DNA of 64,000 nt from Verrucomicrobiota bacterium. Lineage in GTDB: Bacteria > Chlamydiota > Chlamydiia > Chlamydiales > JAEYWL01. Positions 45,066 to 55,626 of this stretch are shown piece after piece. Positions within the stretch are counted from its first letter, which is position 1. The number at the start of each line of letters is the position of its first letter. The stretch lies in the NCBI GenBank assembly GCA_023428915.1, contig JAEYWL010000046.1, positions 3 to 64,002 on the forward strand, written 5' to 3'. The position numbers and the translations under genes were made by a program. The notes beneath the pieces were generated by a model. That model had not been told where the DNA came from. It did no database searches and saw only the letters and a program-made list of their open reading frames with translations.

Positions 45066-46031
45066 TTAGCTTAAGATGGTTTTGCCGGGGGCGCCGGATT
45101 CTTCTTTGACATATTTGGGTACGGCATAGCCTGAAAGCTGGTTTGCCAGCTCTTTTACCAGCCTCTTGCCGGTTGCTTCCGGCACTTCAAAATGCGAAGC
45201 TCCTTGTACCCTATCCAGCTGGTGCAAATAATAGGGGAATATCCCGTGGTCAGCCAGGTTTTCGCAAAGTTCTTTTAAAACAGGCACAGAGTCGTTCACC
45301 CCTTTTAAAAGCACGGCCTGGTTCAACACTGGGATGCCGCGGGTTTGCAGTTGCTTTAGGCTGTACAGAATATCCTCATCCATTTCTTTGGGGTGGTTGC
45401 TGTGGATAATGAACCAGAACTGTTTGCGGCTGCGCTGGAGCATTTCTAAAAAGTGCTCATCAATCCTCTCGGGAATGCCAATGGGAAAACGGCTATGGAA
45501 GCGGATGCGCTTTATATGCGGGATTTTTTCCAAGGCTTTCAACAAATCGCCTAAAGCTCTATTTGAAAGTGAAAGCGGATCGCCGCCGCTTAAAATAATC
45601 TCCCTTAATGAGGTGTCATTGGCTATGGTCAAGAGCTCTTTGTCGAACGACTTATCTTGTATTTCATAGTCTAAATTTTGACGGAAACAATAGCGGCAGT
45701 GCATGGCGCAGGCACCTGTGGCGAGCACTAATGCGCGGCTTTCATATTTCTTGAGGTATTTCTTCTGCGGCCGGACTTTTTGATCGCCTACAGGGTCTTC
45801 TAAAAAGCCTGCTGCCTCTTTAGTTTCCTCAATAGTCGGTAAGAACTGCCTTAAGATGGGATCGGCTAAATTGCGCTTCTCAATTTTTTTGGCCAAACGC
45901 AGCGGGAGGTTTAAAGGGAATTTTGGTTTTGCCAAAATATGCATGCATTGTTCTGGAGATAGTTCCAGGTAATTGGCCAGCTTGTGCCAATGCGTAAAAT
46001 TTTGCCTAAGTATGCTTTTCCAGGTTTCCAT
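45066..46031 (-). CDS. epmB: EF-P beta-lysylation radical SAM enzyme EpmB (KamA family)
   Basis: 321 aa. Radical SAM cluster CAMHCRYCFR. Motif GGDPL. Confidence 0.85.
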   Translation of the reverse strand: METWKSILRQNFTHWHKLANYLELSPEQCMHILAKPKFPLNLPLRLAKKIEKRNLADPILRQFLPTIEETKEAAGFLEDPVGDQKVRPQKKYLKKYESRALVLATGACAMHCRYCFRQNLDYEIQDKSFDKELLTIANDTSLREIILSGGDPLSLSNRALGDLLKALEKIPHIKRIRFHSRFPIGIPERIDEHFLEMLQRSRKQFWFIIHSNHPKEMDEDILYSLKQLQTRGIPVLNQAVLLKGVNDSVPVLKELCENLADHGIFPYYLHQLDRVQGASHFEVPEATGKRLVKELANQLSGYAVPKYVKEESGAPGKTILS

Positions 46032-46033
46032 AA

Positions 46034-48040
46034 TTAAAATAGGGTAAGTTCCATTTGTTGGTATTTGCGCATCTGGTCGCGATGGTGGGCGGCATCTTCG
46101 TAGCGCATTTCTTTAGCTGCTTTTTTCATTTCTTTTTCGTGATGGCGCACCTTTTCTTCCACTTCAGATGGTGTCAGATACTCATGACGGCCTTCAGCGG
46201 CTCTGCTGGATTTTTCGTCGATAATAGGATAGGTTTCTGCAACGTTTTCCTCTTCATAGAGAAGTGTGATCTCTCTTTTCACTGTTTTGGGCGTGATGCC
46301 GTGCTCGCGATTGTATGCTTCCTGCATCAGGCGGCGCTGCTGGGTAATATTGACGGTATTTTTTATCGATTCGGTCATTTTGTCGGCATACATGATCACA
46401 CGCCCTTCAGCATTCCTTGCTGCCCGTCCGCAGGTCTGAATGAGGGAAGTCTGGCTGCGCAAGAAGCCTTCTTTGTCAGCATCGAGGATGGCTACCAAAG
46501 ACACTTCCGGGATGTCCAGACCTTCCCTCAATAAGTTAATGCCGACGAGCACGTCAAATTCGCCTTTGCGCAGATCGCTAATAATCTGCACCCTTTCGAT
46601 GGTATCGATATCCGAATGCAGGTATTTAGCTTTTACGTTCAATTCTAAAAGGTAAGTTGTGAGCTCTTCTGCAAGCCGTTTTGTTAAAGTAGTGACCAGG
46701 ACCCGCCCCCCTTTTTTGGCATGCTCATGGATTTCGGCCAAGCAATCATCCACCTGGCCTTCAGCCGGCCGGATCTCAATGATGGGGTCCAGCAAGCCTG
46801 TGGGGCGAATCAGCTGTTCGACAATTTCCCCTTCGGCTTCGGCTTTTTCCCAGTTGCCAGGTGTAGCGGAAACATAGATGACCTGGTTAATGCGTTCATA
46901 CGTTTCGTGGAATTGCAAAGGCCTGTTATCGTAGGCTGAGGGCAATCTGAAGCCGAAGTCGACTAAAGAAAGTTTGCGTGCCCTATCGCCATTGAACATG
47001 GCGTGGAGCTGCGGAATCGTTTGGTGTGATTCATCGATGATAAGCAAGTAATCATTGGGGAAATAGTCTAGCAGGCATGGCGGAGGGTCTCCCGGCTTCC
47101 GTTTGCTGAAATGGCGGGAGTAGTTCTCAATCCCTTTGCAAAAGCCGATTTCTTTGATCATCTCCAGGTCATGCATGGTGCGTTGCTGCAGCCGTTGCAT
47201 TTCTACCAGTTTGTTTTCCTTTTCGAAAAACTCCAGCCGTTCCTTTAATTCTGCGCGAATAGTTTGAATGGCGTCCAATCGGACTTCTTCAGGCGTAACG
47301 TGGTGCGAGCCGGGATAGATCGTGGCTTCTTCCATGCGGCGCCTGACTTTGCCGGTCAATGGGTCGATTTCACTGATCCTTTCCACTTCATCGCCGAAGA
47401 ACTCGACGCGTATGGCCAAGTCTTCTTCATAAGCGGGGAAGATCTCCAGAACGTCGCCCCGTACGCGAAAAGTGGAGCGGGCAAAGTCAATGTCATTGCG
47501 CTTATATTGCATCTCAATGAGATGGATGAGGATATCATCCCTTCGCCGGGTTTGGCCGGTTTTAAGCTGCAGGTTCATACCCCGGTAGTATTCCGGAGAG
47601 CCCAGACCGTAAATGCAAGACACTGAGGCTACAATGATTACATCCGACCGTTCAAGGAGCGAGCGTGTAGCACTCAGGCGCATCTTATCGATGCGGTCGT
47701 TAATGGCCATGTCCTTTTCGATATAGGTATCGGTACGGGCAATGTAGGCTTCCGGCTGGTAGTAATCGTAATAGGAAACGAAATACTCCACCGCATTTTC
47801 AGGAAAGAAGGATTTAAATTCTTGATAAAGTTGCGCAGCTAACGTCTTGTTGTGGGCAATAATTAAAGTCGGCAGCTGCACCCGCTCAATCACGTTGGCG
47901 ATCGTATAGGTTTTGCCTGAACCCGTTATGCCCAGCAGCACTTGCGATTTCTTCTTTTCTATTACGCCCTTGGTCAGTTTAGCAATAGCTGCCGGCTGAT
48001 CCCCGCAGGGCAGAAAATCTGTTGTTAGCTTGAATGACAA
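46034..48040 (-). CDS. uvrB: Excinuclease ABC subunit B
   Basis: [16 protein letters not shown], and a C-terminal UVR domain ([16 protein letters not shown]). Confidence 0.96.
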   Translation of the reverse strand: MSFKLTTDFLPCGDQPAAIAKLTKGVIEKKKSQVLLGITGSGKTYTIANVIERVQLPTLIIAHNKTLAAQLYQEFKSFFPENAVEYFVSYYDYYQPEAYIARTDTYIEKDMAINDRIDKMRLSATRSLLERSDVIIVASVSCIYGLGSPEYYRGMNLQLKTGQTRRRDDILIHLIEMQYKRNDIDFARSTFRVRGDVLEIFPAYEEDLAIRVEFFGDEVERISEIDPLTGKVRRRMEEATIYPGSHHVTPEEVRLDAIQTIRAELKERLEFFEKENKLVEMQRLQQRTMHDLEMIKEIGFCKGIENYSRHFSKRKPGDPPPCLLDYFPNDYLLIIDESHQTIPQLHAMFNGDRARKLSLVDFGFRLPSAYDNRPLQFHETYERINQVIYVSATPGNWEKAEAEGEIVEQLIRPTGLLDPIIEIRPAEGQVDDCLAEIHEHAKKGGRVLVTTLTKRLAEELTTYLLELNVKAKYLHSDIDTIERVQIISDLRKGEFDVLVGINLLREGLDIPEVSLVAILDADKEGFLRSQTSLIQTCGRAARNAEGRVIMYADKMTESIKNTVNITQQRRLMQEAYNREHGITPKTVKREITLLYEEENVAETYPIIDEKSSRAAEGRHEYLTPSEVEEKVRHHEKEMKKAAKEMRYEDAAHHRDQMRKYQQMELTLF

Positions 48041-48050
48041 CTTGTTCTCC

Positions 48051-49112
48051 TTATTTTATCTGCGCCGCTTTTCTGTCACGGGCAATGCGTGAAATCTTAT
48101 TCCAGGCTCCGGCAAGCCCCATGGCGCTGCGTACTGCCTTCATAGTGTCATTGGCAAGATCATTCATGGCCAAGGTGCCTTCATAAATGACCTGTTCGAC
48201 ATAGCCTTTATCCGCCTCAAAGGCTTTACGCCTTTCGCGAATAGGGTCTAAAAAGCCATTGACAGCTATTGCCAATTTTTCCTTTACTTCAACATCGCCC
48301 ACAGTTCCTTCCCGATAGCGTGCTTTGAGGTCTGCTATTTCCTCTTTATTGGGATTAAACACATCGTGATAGATGAATACGGGATTGCCTTCTACTGTAC
48401 CTGGCTGATGGGCGTGAATGCGATTGGGGTCTGTATACATCCCTTTTATCTTCTTTTCCACGGCCTGTTTTTCATCTGAAAGGAAAATGGTATTATTGGC
48501 AGATTTGCTCATTTTTCCTTTGCCGTCTGTGCCGATCAAGCTAGCGACTTCGCTGTGCAGCATTTCGGGCATGGGGAATACTTCGCCATAGTATTGATTG
48601 AATCTGCGGACAATGTCCCTTGCAAGTTCGATATGGGCTTCATTATCTTTGCCTACCGGAACAACTGCAGCCCGGCTCAGCATAATGTCCGCTGTTTGCA
48701 GCACCGGATAGCCGATAAGGCCAAAGGGGACATTTTCAGGGTCCATATGGGCATTTCTGGCCATTTCCTTTAAACTGGGCAGGCCGGTAAGCCTGGTAAT
48801 GGAAACCAGCATTTCAAAAATGAGGTTTAACTCATAGACTTGAGGGACTCCGGATTGCAGGTAGATCAGGGTTTTAGACGGATCAATGCCGCAGGCCAGA
48901 TAGTCCAAGACCATGTCGTGCATGTGTTCGCGCAGGGCTAAGATGTCTGCTTTAAGAGGCTTTGTAGTTAGCATGTGCAAGTCTGCTATGAGCAGCGCGC
49001 AGTCGTACTTATCCTGCATCATTACCCGATTTTTTATAGAACCTACATAGTGCCCTATATGGAGTTTGCCGGTGGGCCGATCGCCTGTCAGCAGCCGTTT
49101 TTTTTCTGTCAT
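48051..49112 (-). CDS. trpS: Tryptophan--tRNA ligase
   Basis: [14 protein letters not shown] (HIGH) and GKMSKS. Confidence 0.92.
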   Translation of the reverse strand: MTEKKRLLTGDRPTGKLHIGHYVGSIKNRVMMQDKYDCALLIADLHMLTTKPLKADILALREHMHDMVLDYLACGIDPSKTLIYLQSGVPQVYELNLIFEMLVSITRLTGLPSLKEMARNAHMDPENVPFGLIGYPVLQTADIMLSRAAVVPVGKDNEAHIELARDIVRRFNQYYGEVFPMPEMLHSEVASLIGTDGKGKMSKSANNTIFLSDEKQAVEKKIKGMYTDPNRIHAHQPGTVEGNPVFIYHDVFNPNKEEIADLKARYREGTVGDVEVKEKLAIAVNGFLDPIRERRKAFEADKGYVEQVIYEGTLAMNDLANDTMKAVRSAMGLAGAWNKISRIARDRKAAQIK

Positions 49113-49130
49113 GATAATTGCCTGTTTTCG

Positions 49131-50348
49131 TTAAGGGTTTGCAAATGGATTTAGCCAGCCAAGTTTATTTGCTATTTCAATTCCGATTAACATAATGGAA
49201 AATAGCATGGTGATTGCTAATGCCGGTTTGCCGCGTGGTGCTGTATACAAAGAGGGGTAGCAGTGGTGGTAGCGTCCGCGCCAGACCATTAAGGCAGGCA
49301 TAAATCCTAATAATATCACGACTCCAAAAGCCCCTGCATATTCCAAGGCGCCTAAAAAGGCGCGAGGGTCTGTTAAGGCAATGGCCAATGGTGGGATAAA
49401 GGTTAAACAGTAGAGCAGTGCTTTGCCCCCGGCGCTTTTCTTAATTTTAAAGCCGTCGGCTAAAAAGTCTAACAGGCTTAATGATACTCCCAGAAAAGAA
49501 GTGACAATGGCAAAAAAAGCAAATCCGCGCGCGGTCAGTGAAAGGCTGGGCGTAGATAAGGCGTCTGCCATTAATTCAGCTGCATTAACGCCCTGCAGGT
49601 AACCGGCAGTGATGCTATTGGCGCCTTCCAGAGGGATAATGCTTAGGGCATAAATTTCCCAAAGGGTATACACTGCCAGCGGGATCAGGCTGCCTGCAAA
49701 AATGACCAATATAAGCTGGCGTACATTCCTGTGCAGATAATTGGCAAGCGTTGGAATGATAATATGGAAGCCAAAAGAGGTGGCGACAACTGATATTCCC
49801 ACTGTGAGCAGCCTCCAATCAACATGCTGCAGCTTATCTGTTTGCATCGACGGGGTCAGCAGTACAAGCAACGTGCAATACGCAATGGCCAGGCCGATCA
49901 TAAGCACGCGGTTAATGTAGTCGACGGCTTGGGCTCCCTGGTAGACAAAAAAACCAAAAATGATGAGCAGCGGGATCGCTCCTACCCAATAGGGCGCACT
50001 CCAACCTGTAAGGGCTTGCAAGGTGTCAACAAAAATAGGAGTAGACCCTGCTATATACGCCGTTGTTAAGGCGTAGAGTAAAAAGAGATAGCTGACCCAG
50101 GCTGCCGCTTTGCCGAATATGCCTAAGGTGTGCTGGGCCATGCTGATCAAATTGGTGTCCTGGTCAAGCCATAAGGTAGCCTCTAAAAATAAAAAGGCGG
50201 TGTAGGTCATATATAACCAGTAAATCACGAATAGCGCTAATGAGGGGAGGAACCCCGACAAGCCGGTGCTGATAGGGAGCGCCAGCATTCCCGCCCCTGT
50301 TGCCGTGCCGGCAACCAGTAGAATGCCTCCAAGAGTTCGGTTTTTCAT
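49131..50348 (-). CDS. tyrP: Aromatic amino acid permease (TyrP/Mtr/TnaB family), copy 1
   Basis: 405 aa, about 11 TM. N-terminus GGILLVAGTATGAGMLALP is typical of the HAAAP family. Confidence 0.85.
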   Translation of the reverse strand: MKNRTLGGILLVAGTATGAGMLALPISTGLSGFLPSLALFVIYWLYMTYTAFLFLEATLWLDQDTNLISMAQHTLGIFGKAAAWVSYLFLLYALTTAYIAGSTPIFVDTLQALTGWSAPYWVGAIPLLIIFGFFVYQGAQAVDYINRVLMIGLAIAYCTLLVLLTPSMQTDKLQHVDWRLLTVGISVVATSFGFHIIIPTLANYLHRNVRQLILVIFAGSLIPLAVYTLWEIYALSIIPLEGANSITAGYLQGVNAAELMADALSTPSLSLTARGFAFFAIVTSFLGVSLSLLDFLADGFKIKKSAGGKALLYCLTFIPPLAIALTDPRAFLGALEYAGAFGVVILLGFMPALMVWRGRYHHCYPSLYTAPRGKPALAITMLFSIMLIGIEIANKLGWLNPFANP

Positions 50349-51566
50349 TTAGAGCCTCACCAGTTGCAGTTCTTGCAGAAGCTGCAGCATTACAATCCCT
50401 GCTGAAATCACTATGATAAGCAGCAGCATAGGCTTGCCGCCCGGGACAATAGGCTGGCTGGTTTCATGCAGGGTGTAGCGCGACTTCCATACCATTAGGG
50501 CCGGAAGGATGCCGAACAGGATAACCGCCCCAAAACCGCCTGCATAGTTCAAGGCAGTTAAGAAAATGCCGGGATAAGTAAAGGCGCAGATAAAGGGTGG
50601 AAGGAGCGCCATTGCGCATAAGGCAATTTTACCTGCAGGCGTTTTCTTGATGTGCAAGCCGTCCGCCAGGAAATCTACCAAACTCAAAGCCACAGCCAGG
50701 AAAGAAGTGACAATGGCAAAAAAGGCGAAATATTGTCCAATGGTCACAATCCAGGAGGCTCCAAGTGCCGATCTTAGGCTTTGCACCGCCATTTCCCCTT
50801 TATCCAGCGCGTCTAAAAAGCCATGGCTGGGAACAATACCCAAAACTAATGCTTCCCAGATCAGATAAATAAGCAAAGGTACTGCACTGCCGATAAGGAT
50901 GGTAAGCCGTAGTTTTCGTACATTGCGTTGCATGTAGCTGCAAAGGCTGGGAATGAGGTTGTGGTAGCCAAAAGAAATAATCATAGCGGGTATGGCCGCT
51001 ATTGAGTAAAGCCAGTTAGTGTGCAGCAATAATTCGGGTTTTACATAAGCAATGCCAAAGCCGACTAAAGCAAAGTAGGAAACGATCAAACCTGTCATAA
51101 GCAGGCGGTTGAGTTCGTCTACAGCTTTGGTGCCGAAAAATACAAACAAACCAAAAAGGAGGTTAAAAGCCAAACCGCCGATCCAGTTAGGAACGATCTT
51201 TCCGGTAAGGGCGGCAACGAAGTCAGTTACCAGTACGCCGCAACCGGCAGTATAGGCAACCATTAGGGAATAAAAAAGAAATAGGAAGCAAATCCAGCTG
51301 AAGGTTTGTCCGATGCGGCCAAGTGTTTTGCCGGTCATCGAGATGATGCTGACTTCTTCCTGGAAAAGCAGGTTTACTTCTAAGAGAAGCAAACCGGTTG
51401 CTGCCATAAATAACCAGCAAAGGACAAATAAAATTAAGGAAGGAATAAAGCCCGCTGCAGCGCTTAATACCGGCAAGCCGAGCATGCCTGCGCCGGTACA
51501 GCAACCAGCCACTAATAATATTCCGCCTAGAAGACTGCCTTCCTGGCGCGGGTGTTCACCGTTCAT
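50349..51566 (-). CDS. tyrP: Aromatic amino acid permease (TyrP/Mtr/TnaB family), copy 2
   Basis: Paralogue of the previous gene (GGILLVAGCCTGAGMLGLP). The ATG at 51566 with an upstream gagg RBS is preferred over the TTG at 51653. Confidence 0.85.
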   Translation of the reverse strand: MNGEHPRQEGSLLGGILLVAGCCTGAGMLGLPVLSAAAGFIPSLILFVLCWLFMAATGLLLLEVNLLFQEEVSIISMTGKTLGRIGQTFSWICFLFLFYSLMVAYTAGCGVLVTDFVAALTGKIVPNWIGGLAFNLLFGLFVFFGTKAVDELNRLLMTGLIVSYFALVGFGIAYVKPELLLHTNWLYSIAAIPAMIISFGYHNLIPSLCSYMQRNVRKLRLTILIGSAVPLLIYLIWEALVLGIVPSHGFLDALDKGEMAVQSLRSALGASWIVTIGQYFAFFAIVTSFLAVALSLVDFLADGLHIKKTPAGKIALCAMALLPPFICAFTYPGIFLTALNYAGGFGAVILFGILPALMVWKSRYTLHETSQPIVPGGKPMLLLIIVISAGIVMLQLLQELQLVRL

Positions 51567-51797
51567 AAAAGCCTCTAAAAAATCTGAGTAAATTGAAACA
51601 GGAGTATGCAGGGTGTGTGGATGATTGGCCTTAAGGCCAAAAGCAGCCGGCAAATGAACGGGGATAGAAGGATATGATATTACTTTTCATAGCCAGTTAT
51701 TCTAAAAGATCTAAAAAAAAGTTGCAATTAAAAAAAACTCAGTTGTTTAGGTATGATTGAACTGTTATAAGCAGGTCTTCGTGTAATGGTATGATAA

Positions 51798-51902
51798 GGC
51801 ACTTAAATGGACAAACGACAAAATCGACATTAATGACAAGCGACTGGCGCTGTCCATTAAGTCGTTAAGGTCCCTAATGTCGATAATGTCCATTTAAGCG
51901 CC
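51798..51902. repeat. REP-2 palindromic repeat, intact 105-bp copy
   Basis: Outer arms ggcacttaaatggac and gtccatttaagcgcc. GTC at 51852, 51861, 51870, 51879 and 51888 (9-bp period). Centre is ctggcgct. Confidence 0.8.
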
Positions 51903-51949
51903 TAATTTTAGACAATGGCTTGGATTACGATCGGCTAAAAGGTGATAGC

Positions 51950-53434
51950 ATGAATTATTTCCTCTCAATGGATCTAGGGCAAAAGCAGGGGTTAAGCCAA
52001 AAACAGAATCAGCTATTGATGATGCTTCCTCAAATGCGGCAGGCGATCTCTTTTTTACAGCTCCCGGTTATGGAATTATCGCCCTTAATCGAGGCAGAGC
52101 TCGAACACAATCCTGTTTTAGAATACATGGAAGATGACAGCGAAGAAGATGAGCAGCGGGAGGCCGGGGCTGAGCATGATGAGCCTGACGGGGATGCTTC
52201 TGCTAGTCAGGAGCTTGCAATTAGCGATGAAAATTTTGAAGTCTTGCGCCAACTCGATGAAGAATACCGCGATTTTTTCAATGAAAGCGGGCAAACCGTG
52301 ACTTCACGCACGCAGGAAGATGAAAAGAAACAGGCTTATTTAGAAAACTCTATTCCCGATTCACCCACCTTGTTTGCTTATTTAATGGAACAGGCCCAGG
52401 AAACTTTTGCTACTCAAGAGGAGCTAAAGGTTGCCGAAGCGATTATTGGCAATTTAGATGATAGAGGTTTTTTACAAACTCCCCTTGAAGAAATAGCTCT
52501 GACAAGCCAAACAAAGCTAAAAAATATTCAGGAAGTGCTGGCGGTAATTCAAACTTTTGAACCTCGTGGCATTGGGGCTAGCAGCTTGCAGGATTGCCTG
52601 ATGATCCAGTTGCGGCAGCAAAATAAAGAAGGCACGATTGCTTATCTGATTGTCGAGAAATATTTTGACGACCTGCTGCATAACCGCATCCCTACTATCC
52701 AACGCAATTTAAACTGTTCTTATGCCGATATTTGCGATGCAATTGAACAGCATATTGCTAAGTTGGACTTTCGCCCGGGAGCTCTGCTGCGTAATCAGGA
52801 GATACAAAGCATCATTCCCGATCTTATGATCAGGGCTGAAGAGGATAAATTATTTGTGGACATCAATGATGATTCGATGCCGTCATTGCGTTTAAATAGG
52901 CGCTATATGCGGATGCTGGAAGATGAGTCGCTGCCGGTAGAGACAAAAGACTATATAAAACAAAATATCCTTTCAGCTAAGTGGTTGATGCGCAATATTT
53001 ATCAAAGGAATGAGACGCTGCAGCGCATTGGCGAGCTGCTGGCAGACAAACAGAAGGATTTTCTGATTAATCCTGAGGGGCAATTGATCCCCATGACCAT
53101 GAAGTTTGTGGCGCAGGAACTGCAGCTGCACGAATCGACCATTGCAAGGGCTGTTTCTAACAAGTATATAGATACGCCCCGAGGCGTCCTGCCTCTGCGC
53201 TCTTTTTTCTCGACCACTTATGTCAGTGCGCAGGGCGAAGATATTTCGGCACAGACAGTTCTTGACGCTATTTCGCGAATTATTGAAGAAGAGGATAAAA
53301 AACATCCGCTTTCTGATGAGGCCATTTCAGCCAAGCTTAAAGAACAAGGGATTATTTGCGCCCGGCGTACAGTAGCCAAGCACAGGCAAGAGCTCAATCA
53401 GGGCAATGCCCTGCAACGCCGTAAGTATTCTTAA
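51950..53434 (+). CDS. rpoN: RNA polymerase sigma-54 factor
   Basis: N-terminal Gln-rich region I (QKQGLSQKQNQLLMMLPQMRQAI) and the RpoN box ARRTVAKHR. The ATG at 51950 is preceded by aaggtga. Confidence 0.92.
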   Translation: MNYFLSMDLGQKQGLSQKQNQLLMMLPQMRQAISFLQLPVMELSPLIEAELEHNPVLEYMEDDSEEDEQREAGAEHDEPDGDASASQELAISDENFEVLRQLDEEYRDFFNESGQTVTSRTQEDEKKQAYLENSIPDSPTLFAYLMEQAQETFATQEELKVAEAIIGNLDDRGFLQTPLEEIALTSQTKLKNIQEVLAVIQTFEPRGIGASSLQDCLMIQLRQQNKEGTIAYLIVEKYFDDLLHNRIPTIQRNLNCSYADICDAIEQHIAKLDFRPGALLRNQEIQSIIPDLMIRAEEDKLFVDINDDSMPSLRLNRRYMRMLEDESLPVETKDYIKQNILSAKWLMRNIYQRNETLQRIGELLADKQKDFLINPEGQLIPMTMKFVAQELQLHESTIARAVSNKYIDTPRGVLPLRSFFSTTYVSAQGEDISAQTVLDAISRIIEEEDKKHPLSDEAISAKLKEQGIICARRTVAKHRQELNQGNALQRRKYS

Positions 53435-54287
53435 GGTAAGATTCTTTAATGAGCTGCCAGCGCAATTCTTCCTGCCGGGAAGCATAATCGAGGATTTGGG
53501 TTGGCGTCATTTCGGCAAACAAATCGATTTCCCGGTCCGTTAATCTATAGATGCATGCTTTAGGCTGGTTGCTGATAGCCTGCAGTTGCTGCAAACAAGC
53601 ATTGAATTGCTTGTGGCGTTTGCCGAGGCGCCGCCAGGCATAAAGCACCATGCCTAGCGGGATCAGCTTAAGCCAAGCAGCCTTGCCAAGCAAAAGATAT
53701 TCCGGTGAAAAGAGCAAGAAGATATCCAATAGAAAAATGGTGAGCAGGACTAACAGGAAAATCATCGACTCTGCGGATGATTGTACAATGGGCCCAAAGT
53801 AGCGTTGAAATGGTGAAGAAGAAGTTTGGTAGGCTAGCAGCTCTTCATATTTTGGTTCCTGGAATTGCATGCGGCCTGCATGGGCTAATTCATGGGCTAT
53901 GAGTTCTGTCCGCTTATAAAGCCCAAAAAATAAGCTGTCAGAAGCAGCCAAGGCCTTGCGCAATTGCAGGATCGCCCCTGTTGGCGAGTCTTTGGTTTCC
54001 TGAAAAATCCAGGCGCAGCCGCCATGCCAATAAGATAGTTTGCTGTTGCTAAAATACAAAGGAATCCATCGGCAGCTGAAATCATATAGGCTGGCGGTTA
54101 AAGGGGCAGACTGCATAAGAATATTCTGGCTAAGCGATTCTACCTGATCAGCTTCCGGGAGAACACTCTTTATATGCTGGTGTAATTCACGGCAATATTC
54201 GCTGCGTTGTAAGAATTCCTCTTCCGATTCTCCAGGTCCTGGAATTAAACCAGACTGATTCAGAGCCAACAGCTTTCCCTTTTCCAT
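53394..54287 (-). CDS. Membrane protein with HExxH motif (putative metallopeptidase-like)
   Basis: LIAHELAHAGRMQF, then two C-terminal hydrophobic helices. Confidence 0.45.
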   Translation of the reverse strand: MEKGKLLALNQSGLIPGPGESEEEFLQRSEYCRELHQHIKSVLPEADQVESLSQNILMQSAPLTASLYDFSCRWIPLYFSNSKLSYWHGGCAWIFQETKDSPTGAILQLRKALAASDSLFFGLYKRTELIAHELAHAGRMQFQEPKYEELLAYQTSSSPFQRYFGPIVQSSAESMIFLLVLLTIFLLDIFLLFSPEYLLLGKAAWLKLIPLGMVLYAWRRLGKRHKQFNACLQQLQAISNQPKACIYRLTDREIDLFAEMTPTQILDYASRQEELRWQLIKESYLKNTYGVAGHCPD

Positions 54288-54328
54288 AATACCTGCTATA
54301 CTTACTAGCTAATAACCATAGGCTACTC

Positions 54329-55177
54329 ATGAAATATCAACTTAAAGAAAATATGCCCATTCTCGATGCGCTTGCTTTACTTTCTCCAGGGAGCTCGAAA
54401 ACCTCTCTCCGTTCTTGGATAAAAGAAGGGCGCGTGTATGTCGATGAACGGCTGGTGTCCAAGAATACTCTACTATTGCATGCCGGGCAAGTAGTTTCCC
54501 TGGGAGAAAAAAAGAAACGGGCGGAAGGCGGGTTGCAGATCCTTTATGAAGATAGCGATATTGTAGTTATAGATAAACCATCCGGGGTATTAAGTGTGGC
54601 TACAAATTTTGAAAAAGGCGAGACAGCTCACGCTTTTTTAAAACAACGCTACAAGCCTAATAAGGTATTTGTGGTTCATCGGCTCGACCAGGACACTTCC
54701 GGCGTGATGCTCTTCGCCCTTTCCGAAAATGCGTATTTACGCTTAAAACAGACTTTCGAAGAGCACAATATAGACCGGACATACATCGCAATTGTGCAAG
54801 GGGTTATGGAGGAATCTTCTGGGAGCTGGAGCAGCTATTTATATGAAGATGCCAACTATGTAGTGCATAGCACCCAAGATCCGGCGCGCGGCAAGTTGGC
54901 GATTACTCATTTTACAGTAACCGGCAAATCTAAAAGATTTATGCGCTTGCAATTGAATCTGGAAACTGGCAAAAAAAATCAAATCAGGGTGCATTGCCGC
55001 GATGCAGGCCACCCAATTGTTGGGGATATGAAATACGGGGCGGCTACAAATCCGATTAAAAGATTATGTTTGCATGCCCATTTGTTAGCCTTTAAACACC
55101 CCATCACAGGCAAGCTCATGCGCTTTACTTCGCCTGTGCCGGAAGCATTTAATCGCATGGTTCATGATTATGCATAA
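54329..55177 (+). CDS. RluA-family pseudouridine synthase with S4 domain
   Basis: S4-like N-terminus (SLRSWIKEGRVYVD). Catalytic HRLDQDTSG. KNQIRVH. Confidence 0.85.
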   Translation: MKYQLKENMPILDALALLSPGSSKTSLRSWIKEGRVYVDERLVSKNTLLLHAGQVVSLGEKKKRAEGGLQILYEDSDIVVIDKPSGVLSVATNFEKGETAHAFLKQRYKPNKVFVVHRLDQDTSGVMLFALSENAYLRLKQTFEEHNIDRTYIAIVQGVMEESSGSWSSYLYEDANYVVHSTQDPARGKLAITHFTVTGKSKRFMRLQLNLETGKKNQIRVHCRDAGHPIVGDMKYGAATNPIKRLCLHAHLLAFKHPITGKLMRFTSPVPEAFNRMVHDYA

Positions 55178-55625
55178 AAACCCTATTTGGCTTCTTCTAT
55201 TAGTTATAATTGCCGGCGCAACTGCCTGGTACGGCGGAAGAACTATGGTCCATGTTGTGCATTATGCACATTTAAAAGCATACACTGTTCCGCAGAGTAT
55301 TGACTGGTCTTTTCAAATTATTAACGACGATGAATATATTCCTGTAGCACACTATACCTATATAGTGGGGACAGATGAGTATCATGGGGAGGATAGCTAT
55401 AAAGGGGTATATGCCAGAAACCAATGGGGAGCTGATTTATTGTTAAAAGAACTGCAATCAAAAGAAGCGGTCATTTGGTACAACCCTAAAAATCCCGAAC
55501 ATTCAGCTTTAGAGAAAGTTTACCCTCTTAAAGAGCTCATGTACACGGTGGCGCTTTGCGGATTGCTCATTTATTTTATTGGATTGGGACTTTATGTCGG
55601 CAGACACAAAGAAACAGGGTCTTAG
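55164..55625 (+). CDS. DUF3592-like two-TM membrane protein
   Basis: TM - beta-rich domain - TM layout. 14-nt overlap with the rlu gene. Confidence 0.45.
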   Translation: MIMHKNPIWLLLLVIIAGATAWYGGRTMVHVVHYAHLKAYTVPQSIDWSFQIINDDEYIPVAHYTYIVGTDEYHGEDSYKGVYARNQWGADLLLKELQSKEAVIWYNPKNPEHSALEKVYPLKELMYTVALCGLLIYFIGLGLYVGRHKETGS

Positions 55626-55626
55626 C

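Noticed and set aside
46055-47626. ORFs of 60-159 aa antisense to uvrB
   Set aside because: They are shadow ORFs opposite a highly conserved gene, and no independent signals support them.
51567-51653. N-terminal extensions from TTG/GTG starts in the ORF track, for tyrP copy 2, rpoN (51920), higB (57896), xth (58689), ldh (34343) and lipoprotein 1 (36277)
   Set aside because: In each case an in-frame ATG with a better-placed purine-rich RBS, or a position immediately after the upstream stop codon, gives an N-terminus matching the family or paralogue. The extended starts are therefore not adopted.
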